Positions 1-8,842 of a stretch of 64,000 nucleotides of DNA are shown here, piece by piece. The notes beneath the pieces are model-generated. The model did no database searches, was not told the DNA's origin, and was given only the letters and a program-made list of their open reading frames with translations. Each line of letters begins with the position of its first letter. The first letter of the stretch is position 1. Position numbers and translations under genes: made by a program. Origin of the DNA: Rhynchopus sp. YZ270_cl-10 (taxonomy: Eukaryota); NCBI GenBank assembly GCA_964035575.1, contig OZ037838.1:1364001-1428000 (forward strand), in the 5' to 3' direction.

Positions 1-69
1 CAACCCCAATTATTGTCCCCAATAACTTTATTTCCAATCGATCAAAATCCCCCCCCCCCCCCCCCCCCC

Positions 70-1269
70 TAGGGGGTCCGACTGTGAGTAAAATTACCGT
101 ACAAAAAACTCATTATTAAACTTCTGGTCATTTCCAAGGTAACTGCGGGTGAAACACACCCTCAGAGTGGGTCACAGGGGGCCTGTGGGCCGAAAAACGA
201 CCCAGAAGCCACCCCAGAATACAAAAAAATGGAAAAAAATAGTGAAAAAACGGCTTTTTGGCGGTTTTGGCCATGTTGGGCAAAATAGCGTTTTTTCAAG
301 AAAAAACCAAAAAAACGGTTATTTTTTGACATCACAAAACCTCCTTTGGCACAAATATACCCCAAAAGTGGCCTGTGAGTCCATTCCAACCTGTTTTGGA
401 CATATTTGACACTTTTGGAAGTGTTTTTTTGGTGTTTTTACGTCAAAAAACATACCCTGGCAATACCCTGACCGCGCTCCGGCAGCATTCCGGCATGCTG
501 TTTGACCCATATAGGGGTCAAGAAATGGCCAAAAACCCCCGAAAAAGGACCCTGGGAACCCAGATAGTTCCAAATTTCCACCACATCCCCACCCAAACAC
601 CGCAAAAACACGACAGAATATCGTCTTAAAAAACACACTTTTTTCAAAAAGGCTATTATGGAGCCTGTCTGACGACCTTTTTGAAAAAAGTGTGTTTTTT
701 AAGACGATATTCTGTCGTGTTTTTGCAGTGTTTGGGTGGGGATGTGGTGGAAATTTGGAACTCTCTGGGTTCCCAGGGTCCTTTTTCGGGGGTTTTTGGC
801 CATTTCTTGACCCCTATATGGGTCAAACAGCATGCCGGAATGCTGCCGGAGCGCGGTCAGGGTATTGCCAGGGTATGTTTTTTGACGTAAAAACACCAAA
901 AAAACACTTCCAAAAGTGTCAAATATGTCCAAAACAGGTTGGAATGGACTCACAGGCCACTTTTGGGGTATATTTGTGCCAAAGGAGGTTTTGTGATGTC
1001 AAAAAATAACCGTTTTTTTGGTTTTTTCTTGAAAAACCGCTATTTTGCCCAACATGGCCAAAACCGCCAAAAAGCCGTTTTTTCACTATTTTTTTCCATT
1101 TTTTTGTATTCTGGGGTGGCTTCTGGGTCGTTTTTCGGCCCACAGGCCCCCTGTGACCCACTCTGAGGGTGTGTTTCACCCGCAGTTACCTTGGAAATGA
1201 CCAGAAGTTTAATAATGAGTTTTTTGTACGAAATTTTATACACAAGTCTATTAGGAGTCGGACCCCCTA
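70..1269. mobile_element. Foldback/palindromic non-autonomous DNA transposon (TAGG...CCTA family, possibly Mutator-like)
   Basis: Termini TAGGGGGTCCGACT (70-83) / AGTCGGACCCCCTA (1256-1269). Near-perfect inverted arms ~98-652 / ~676-1230 surround a short spacer. C-runs flank both sides. Homologous to 51740-52929. Confidence 0.85.
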
Positions 1270-1569
1270 CCCCCCCCCCCCTCATCCCAAACACCACTAA
1301 AAACAGGCGTTTTTTTTCTCTTCATTTTCCCTCCACAACTTCTTTCCTCCTCCCCCCCTTCTCCCTCTTCTCTCGTGGTCACCTTGGCGAGCCTACGTGA
1401 AGTACCGCGACACGCTTCAAGGTTGTCAAGAAGTACTTCCACATCCGCGACAGCCTTCTCTACCCGCCTTGCTGCTTGCACCGCAAATTCATTGAAGAAC
1501 GGAGCAAACAACATCAACACCTCCCAATACCATACCGTCTCCGGGCAGCCGCCATTCCCTTTTGTGTGA

Positions 1570-4380
1570 ATGGGAGGCTGGCCACCCCCACCCCTTGGTT
1601 GGATATGCATCGTATTGTGTTGTTCTGATGTGAATGGACTACACTATACCCCTGTCGCCGATCGGGATGACATGCCTGATGGTGTGAACGACGTGCACAT
1701 TGCCTTAGTGGTAGCACCCCTCGCGGTTATGACGGTTGTGGTGTTGTCGCTGTTTGCGTGTCTTTTTGTGGGACGGCGTTTAAGACTTCCCATCGTGATA
1801 ATGGCGTTGTTGACGTCAGTGCTATTAGGGGTAAGTCTCGTGGTGTGGGGGGTAACGTATGTGACGCCGCGTAGTATGATTCAAGATGCGCAAGAGCGTT
1901 TGCTGGCAGCGTCTGCCCGGCAGGCATTAGAAAAAATCCGCCGCGAGCTCGCTGGGGGGGGTCGCGTTGTGAGGCTCGCGCAGTCGCTAGCCACATCCTC
2001 CAGAGAGGTGGACATCCTTTCCTCCGAGTGGCCCGAACCGGAGATCTTCCTGAATCGTCTCCTCCGCACTGTCGGGGGCGCAACAGGGTCTATTTTCCTT
2101 TTATATTACGGCAACGTCGACGGCCGCTTCCACGGCATCCGCCCCTCCCCAGAGCTCCCAAACGAAGAAATCCATGAAATATGCGTTAAACCTGGCGACA
2201 CCTTACCACCATGGGCCTCCTGCCGCACTACAGACCTTGACGACATGCCTTGCGACGAACACCTCCATCAGAACCACTGCGGCAACGGCTCCGCTCTGGA
2301 TGCAGCCTGCCAAGGAAGCTGCAACCCTGGGAACTCCTCGCTGGCGCACTGCTATGGTACTGAGGATGCGATGCGTCTGGTGTACGCCTCGGTGCGTCCA
2401 CAGCTTCTCGACTCATCGGGGCACATCGCAATGGAATACAAACAACCCAACATCCCACTCACCGGCAGCGTTCCGTATGACCCACGCAAACGACCGTGGT
2501 ATCGTCCAGAACCGGATTCCATTTTGTGGTCAAAGCCGTACCTCTTCGCAACAGGGCACACCGTAGGGATCACGGTGAGTGCTGCGGTATACAATAAAAC
2601 GTCGCAACACATTGGCACCGTGGCAGCGGATTTTACGACAGCGACGGTGAGGGACGTCATGGAGGGGCTGACGTTGACGGAGAACTCGCTGGCGGTGTTG
2701 TTGATGGAGGACTACTCTGTGATAGGGTCGTCTCTCTCAAGAGAACGGCTGCAAGGCCATGTGGACAAAAGGATGGTTCTGAACAATCCTGACAATGTCT
2801 TGGACATCACGGACTTCAAGGAGGAGTCTCCGGTCCGTCAAATGGTTGCAAAGTTGGACAGCCGATACGGCGGGCTGTCCAGCGCAATGTTCTACTACTC
2901 TGTGATAAGCAGTAAGGATAATGTGTTAATGACGTTTCCTGTGCGCATTGAGGGGGGGCTGAATATGTTGTTGATCATCACCGTGCCGTATGACGATATG
3001 CTTGCAGGGACGGACCGGGCGAGCAGTATCGCATTGGTGTGGGCGATCTGTGTGTCGTTCACGATTGGTATCATCGTGATGTTGGTTGTGGCCTCGTTTT
3101 TGCGGCCGTTGACGCAGCTTGGGGCAGGTATGAGGGGGATCACCGCCATGCACCTTGCCCGCCCTGCCCAAGAGGTGAAGCAGCCGCTCAGCCGTATCAG
3201 GGAGGTGGCATCGATCGAAGAGGCCTACTACATGATGGTGCTGCATCTGAGGGAGTACCGGCAGTACCTCCCGCAGTCGGTGCTGTTGGACCGCGAGGTG
3301 GCGCATCGTGTGGTGGACCTGAAGAGCACGCTGGAAGAGAGTGGGGTGCTTGCGATTCCGCACAGTGTGGGGACCAGCAGCCCGCCGAGGGAGAGCTCGC
3401 CGCCGAGGCTGGAGGAGCAGCTTCGTGCAGTGTCGCCGCAGATGTCGACACCGACGAGGTTGCTTGAGGAGAGCCCGTCTGCGGAGAAGCTGCACTCGCC
3501 TGTCAGCGGCAACCCGTTGTCGCCTTCTAAGGGGTCGTCTGCGTGTCTGTCGTCGTCGTTGCGTGCAAAGAATGTGTCATTGGTGATAGTCAATGTGCGT
3601 AGGTTTCATGTCATAGCGAAGGTGCTGCCGTCGCGCTCCGTAGCAGTGTTGCATGCAGAATATCTTGCGTGTGTGCTGCAAACGGTGAAGCCGCTGCGTG
3701 GTATTCTCGACCAAGTGTCTGGGGACCATGTGCAGATCTCGTTTAACACCTCCCTGCAGACGCCGGCACATCGCAGCAAGGCGGCCACATGTGCGTTGTT
3801 GCTTCATTCGTACTTCAAATACGACTTCGCAGCAGACCGCATCGCCCCAGAGCTGCACCTCAGCGTCAACGCTGTTGCCGGGTCTGGCAGGGCACTGTGC
3901 GGCAATATGGGCTGCTCCGGGTTGAAACGGTATTCTGTGATAGGGTCGTGCGCGTCGTATCTGCATACGCTGGAGCGTTGGGGTGCTGGGTGGGGTGTGG
4001 ATGTGATGGTCGACGACGTGGTGGGGGAGGACCCTGCGACGGCAGCGCAGTTTGAGTTGAAGCATCTGGCGAAGGTGTGCTATGGTGCGATGGATCTGCA
4101 TTCGCGCTATGTGAGCCAGGTGGTGAGCGAGCGAGATACACACACCACAGAGTGGATGTCACAGACAGACTCGCAGCAGGACGGCTATGACATCTACAAT
4201 CGTGCAGTGGGCCACCTCTACGCGGGTGACTTCGCAGCCTGCCGTGGGCTCGTCGAAATGCTCCTAGGCGGTGCCGATGTCTCAGGCCTCGAAACCTGGC
4301 TCGCCTCCTGCGAAGAAGCAGGCCTCCCACCCACCCCGCTTGAGTTCTTTGCTGTTCCCCGTTGCCACCCTGAACCATGA
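1570..4380 (+). CDS. Receptor-type adenylate/guanylate cyclase-like protein (TM, Cache-like sensor, TM-HAMP, degenerate class III cyclase)
   Basis: 936-aa ORF with N-terminal hydrophobic helices. Cache-like motifs YDPRKRPWY, WSKPY and GTVAADF; TM followed by HAMP-like RPLTQL..EVASI; cyclase-like SGDHVQISF and GNMG...YSVIG. Confidence 0.8.
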   Translation: MGGWPPPPLGWICIVLCCSDVNGLHYTPVADRDDMPDGVNDVHIALVVAPLAVMTVVVLSLFACLFVGRRLRLPIVIMALLTSVLLGVSLVVWGVTYVTPRSMIQDAQERLLAASARQALEKIRRELAGGGRVVRLAQSLATSSREVDILSSEWPEPEIFLNRLLRTVGGATGSIFLLYYGNVDGRFHGIRPSPELPNEEIHEICVKPGDTLPPWASCRTTDLDDMPCDEHLHQNHCGNGSALDAACQGSCNPGNSSLAHCYGTEDAMRLVYASVRPQLLDSSGHIAMEYKQPNIPLTGSVPYDPRKRPWYRPEPDSILWSKPYLFATGHTVGITVSAAVYNKTSQHIGTVAADFTTATVRDVMEGLTLTENSLAVLLMEDYSVIGSSLSRERLQGHVDKRMVLNNPDNVLDITDFKEESPVRQMVAKLDSRYGGLSSAMFYYSVISSKDNVLMTFPVRIEGGLNMLLIITVPYDDMLAGTDRASSIALVWAICVSFTIGIIVMLVVASFLRPLTQLGAGMRGITAMHLARPAQEVKQPLSRIREVASIEEAYYMMVLHLREYRQYLPQSVLLDREVAHRVVDLKSTLEESGVLAIPHSVGTSSPPRESSPPRLEEQLRAVSPQMSTPTRLLEESPSAEKLHSPVSGNPLSPSKGSSACLSSSLRAKNVSLVIVNVRRFHVIAKVLPSRSVAVLHAEYLACVLQTVKPLRGILDQVSGDHVQISFNTSLQTPAHRSKAATCALLLHSYFKYDFAADRIAPELHLSVNAVAGSGRALCGNMGCSGLKRYSVIGSCASYLHTLERWGAGWGVDVMVDDVVGEDPATAAQFELKHLAKVCYGAMDLHSRYVSQVVSERDTHTTEWMSQTDSQQDGYDIYNRAVGHLYAGDFAACRGLVEMLLGGADVSGLETWLASCEEAGLPPTPLEFFAVPRCHPEP

Positions 4381-4879
4381 GATACCCTTTTTTTTTTTGA
4401 AAATGATAAAATAAAATGGGTGGAGATCGCATTTTTTTACCCTAGCATCGTTTGCTTTTGTGATGATAATTCATTTTGTATTGTTGAAAAAGAAAGAGGA
4501 AAAAACTCTTTAAAAAAAAAGTGAGGAGAGAAAAATCTATTCGTTTCAGATATTGTGATCTAGCTTTCTTTCCTTTATTTTTTGAAAAAAATATATTTTG
4601 TTCATCTCTGTGCGTACATCGACCCAAATTCACTTTTTTTCTTTTGCAGCGTGCAACGTCTTATCAGGCTTCTTATTCAGTGATCTGCTGAACGTGTCTA
4701 TTTTTATTCAGTGTTTAGATGTCTTGTGGAAGGATGTGCGTATGTTTCCATCCTTCAACTTTTATTTATTCGTATCAAAGATACAAAGCTACAACCCACA
4801 GAGAAGCAGTGTCCCCTGCGTACTCCTATGAAGGGTGAGGTATTTTGCACCCTTCTGTTGCAAATGTTGGGACTTTTGG

Positions 4880-5065
4880 GCATTTTTTTTTTAGTAAACA
4901 CGTAGTATTTGACAAAATGCTCGAGACCCTCGTGAAAAGTCGCGCGTCTGCGTATCCCGCTCCCCGCTTGTTTCCCCCTCTTTTCCCCCCTGTGCTCCAC
5001 GACACTTTCTGTACTTCAGGCAAACACAACCATATCGTAAATCAAGTCGAAGAAAAAAAAAAAAA
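4880..5065 (+). repeat. Split direct repeat A1 of the YR retrotransposon
   Basis: Essentially identical to 11809-11999 (agtaaacacgtagtatttgac...aaatcaagtcgaag then poly-A). Confidence 0.9.
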
Positions 5066-6194
5066 GGGTAAATTGCGATAACACGTATACTTTTTGTTTC
5101 GATTTGCGATAACACGTACACAAAAAGTATACGTGTTATCGCGAAAAGTGGTCAAAAAAGTGTACGTGTTATCGCGAAAAGTGGTCAAAAAAATGTACGT
5201 GTTTTCTCCTTCTAAGGTGCTCGCTCTCCATACCTAGACCCTCGAATTTTTTTTTTGGGACCCCCATAAAGGGCTAATTTCGACGATTTGAGGCCATTCA
5301 AAGCAAAATTTGGCACTTTTGAGCATCTGTGGGGGTCTAGAACGCGGTTGCGAGCACCCCGTTTTTTAGCGAAATATGTACGTGTTATCGCGAAAAGTGT
5401 TCAAAAAAATGTACGTGTGACATTCAGAAGACAGGGTCTGGTGGTAAATTTTGCGTATCCCTCTGTGTGGGTCACTCACACTTGCGGTCATGTGCCACTG
5501 CGTGGGTCTGGGAACCAGACTTACGTACTTAAGGTGCACGAAGACAGGGTCTGGTGGTAAATTTTGCGTAGTACTGCGACGTGGTACTGCGTGGGTCTGG
5601 GAATATGGGTACCTGGGTACAGGATATTTGTTGTCAAAGACATCTTCCACCATGCATTGAGGAGGGTAAGACAGTGGTCGCAGTTTCTACTTGATAGCAT
5701 TACAACATTTAACTTCTCCACGGGGGTCTTGGGCCGTTCATTCGGTTATACCTTGACTAGCGGAAGAGGCCTTTTTGGTCTCTAGAATATCCGGTATTCC
5801 CGAACGGAGGCACACTTTGTGTGTTACTACGTCCTGGCAACTTCTAGCAGTAGGTTAAGAAATCTTTCTTGTAAATTGTTGGATCATTATCTCCTCAGTG
5901 CATGAATGCCCCACGTGACTGGACACTTTTGTGTTTGTCATGTGGAGCTGTGGTTGCTCTTTCACGACTTTTTTCCTTGTACACAGTGTACCGTGTACCT
6001 GGGTACCTGGGTACCTGGGTACCTGGGTACCTGGGTACCTGGGTACCTGGGTACCTGGGTACCTGGGCACCTGGGAAAACACGTACGTTTTTGTTCGCGA
6101 AAACACGTACACTTTTTCGCGATAACACGTATACTTTTTGTGTACGTGTTATCGCAAATCGAAAAAAAAAGTATACGTGTTATCGCAATTTACC

Positions 6195-6195
<1 letters not shown>
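5066..6195 (+). mobile_element. MITE (TIR GGGTAAATTGCGATAACACGTATAC), copy 1, inserted in poly-A
   Basis: TIRs begin at 5066 and end at 6195. Subterminal repeats of gtacgtgttatcgcgaaaa; A-runs on both sides; contains (GGGTACCT)n near 5995-6075. Confidence 0.85.
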
Positions 6196-6242
<47 letters not shown>

Positions 6243-6245
<3 letters not shown>

Positions 6246-7370
6246 TAAATTGCGATAACACGTATACTTTTTTTTTCGATTTGCGATAACACGTACACAA
6301 AAAGTATACGTGTTATCGCGAAAAAGTGTACGTGTTTTCGCGAACAAAAACGTACGTGTTTTCCCAGGTACCCAGGTACCCAGGTACCTGGTTTGTCAAG
6401 GAAACCAAACTTTTTGTCACGGAAAAAGTCGTGACAGGGCACTGGGTACTGGGTACACTGTGTACAAGGATCAAAGTCGTGAAAGAGCAACCACAGCTCC
6501 ACATGACAAACACAAAAGTGTCCAGTCACGTGGGGCATTCATGCACTGAGGAGATAATGATCCAACAATTTACAAGAAAGATTTCTTAACCTACTGCTAG
6601 AAGTTGCCAGGACGTAGTAACACACAAAGTGTGCCTCCGTTCGGGAATACCGGATATTCTAGAGACCAAAAAGGCCTCTTCCGCTAGTCAAGGTATAACC
6701 GAATGAACGGCCCAAGACCCCCGTGGAGAAGTTAAATGTTGTAATGCTATCAAGTACAAACTGCGACCACTGTCTTACCCTCCTCAATGCATGGTGGAAG
6801 ATGTCTTTGACAACAAATATCCTGTACCCAGGTACCCATATTCCCAGACCCACGCAGTACCACGTCGCAGTACTACGCAAAATTTACCACCAGACCCTGT
6901 CTTCGTGCACCTTAAGTACGTAAGTCTGGTTCCCAGACCCACGCAGTGGCACATGACCGCAAGTGTGAGTGACCCACACAGAGGGATACGCAAAATTTAC
7001 CACCAGACCCTGTCTTCTGAATGTCACACGTACATTTTTTTGAACACTTTTCGCGATAACACGTACATATTTCGCTAAAAAACGGGGTGCTCGCAACCGC
7101 GTTCTAGACCCCCACAGATGCTCAAAAGTGCCAAATTTTGCTTTGAATGGCCTCAAATCGTCGAAATTAGCCATTTTTGGGGCCCAAAAAAAAAAAAATT
7201 CGAGGGTCTAGGTATGGAGAGCGAGCACCTTAGAAGAAGGAAACACGTACATTTTTGTTCGCGATAACACGTATACTTTTTTGACCACTTTTCGCGATAA
7301 CACGTATACTTTTTGTGTACGTGTTATCGCAAATGGAAACAAAAAGTATACGTGTTATCGCAATTTGCCC
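6243..7370 (-). mobile_element. MITE, copy 2, inverted relative to copy 1
   Basis: Reverse complement of 5066-6195 except around 6361-6460; flanked by A-runs. Confidence 0.85.
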
Positions 7371-7452
7371 AAAAAAAAAAAAAAAAACAACAACAAACTA
7401 TCCGGCTAGACGAACCTATCAACGAATCCGACCGTCCAGCCTAGAACGAAGA

Positions 7453-7697
7453 GCTAGAAATCGAAAACCATCAGCAAAACCGGCCTGAGAGCCAGAATCG
7501 AAAACCATCAGCAAAACCGGCCTGAGAGCTAGAAATCGAAAACCATCAGCAAAAACCGGCCTGAGAGCCAGAATCGAAAACCATCAGCAAAAACCGAAAA
7601 CCATCAGCAAAAACCGGCCGGAGAGCTAGAATCGAAAACCATCAACAAAACAAAAAAAAAAAAAAAAAAAAAAAAAAACCGGCCTGAGAGCCAGAAC
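7453..7697 (+). repeat. Tandem ~37-39 bp repeat in the retrotransposon 5' leader
   Basis: About 5-6 imperfect copies of agaatcgaaaaccatcagcaaaaccggcctgagagc. Confidence 0.8.
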
Positions 7698-7705
7698 GAA
7701 TCCTA

Positions 7706-7756
<51 letters not shown>

Positions 7757-7765
7757 CTAATCCAA

Positions 7766-8842
7766 ATGTCCGACTACCCCGGCATTGACTCGGTGGACTG
7801 GGACGCGATCCCTTTGTCGGTGGAGGCGGACGATCCCCGCGCAGACGATGCCCCAGGATGCAGCTTTGGCACCTGCACGCAGCAACATGCGGGGGCACGA
7901 TGCAGAGATTGTGGGAAGGCGTCGTCGGTGACCTGCCTGAAGAAGTGCGTACCGGCACATATCAGGCAGGTGGTGCTAGATAACTTCACCGCCGACACAT
8001 TCCGATGCCCGGAGTGTTGTTGGAGGAAACACGTCACCCCCACCCCACCCACACAGGAAATTGACCCTGACGACGCATCGTCCGAGGAGGAGACCAACGC
8101 AGGAAACAACGCCGTTACAGACACAGACACCACCTCGCAACACTCTTTCCAAGCAATCATGAACAAGCTGGACGAGATGTCAGCCAGGATAGACGCTCTG
8201 GAACAACGAATCGACCTAACCCTCCCTTTAAACTTTGCAGCTGACGTGGTGTGCACATGGACAAAGTTGGAGGATAAGAAGATGAGACTGCTGGTAAAGG
8301 ATGCGGTACGCGCCCATTTTAAAACGGCGACGATACCTGCAGAGTTAAGTGATGCCCCAGATTACGAGATCGATCGAGCACGGAAAATCGACAGCCTACT
8401 CTTGACGATAGACACACTGACTGATGACAAGACCTCTCATCCACCCACTATTAAACTTCTCCATACCACCGTTGTGGAGCTCACTTCTCTCATTCACCTG
8501 GGAGTCTACGGAAAGGAAGTGAGATTCGAGTACGAGGTGAAGGCGAAAGCGCAAAAGGTCGAAAAATTTGAACCACACATCATGAAGCGACTCCTCGAAG
8601 AAATGAAGGCAAAGGGGAAAGAAGCTTTCGACAAAAAGAGGAAGACCCGCGACGATGCCCACCGCGCCTCTAAGTCTTCCGGAGGCAAAAAGGGGAAAGG
8701 ATGGGACTCGCGAGACAGGGGTGGATACAGAGAAGACCGGGACCGCCAGAGAGACACAAACCGCGAATACAACCGCGACTCCAACCGTGATGCAAACCGT
8801 GAGGGGTCCAAGAACGATAAGGCGGGAAAGGGGGGGAACTGA
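7766..8842 (+). CDS. Gag-like ORF1 with N-terminal PHD-like Cys-rich finger and basic C-terminus
   Basis: 358 aa; Cys cluster CSFGTC...RCRDC...FRCPECC; short coiled coil; R/K/D-rich tail; first ORF of the element. Confidence 0.75.
   Translation: MSDYPGIDSVDWDAIPLSVEADDPRADDAPGCSFGTCTQQHAGARCRDCGKASSVTCLKKCVPAHIRQVVLDNFTADTFRCPECCWRKHVTPTPPTQEIDPDDASSEEETNAGNNAVTDTDTTSQHSFQAIMNKLDEMSARIDALEQRIDLTLPLNFAADVVCTWTKLEDKKMRLLVKDAVRAHFKTATIPAELSDAPDYEIDRARKIDSLLLTIDTLTDDKTSHPPTIKLLHTTVVELTSLIHLGVYGKEVRFEYEVKAKAQKVEKFEPHIMKRLLEEMKAKGKEAFDKKRKTRDDAHRASKSSGGKKGKGWDSRDRGGYREDRDRQRDTNREYNRDSNRDANREGSKNDKAGKGGN

Noticed and set aside
149..1297. Mirror-image short ORFs
   Set aside because: By-products of the palindromic element, with no recognisable protein motifs.
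5003..5016. cactttctgtactt resembling the 3' part of a euglenozoan spliced leader
   Set aside because: The match is too short, lacks the rest of the leader and the splice donor, and lies within retroelement repeat A.
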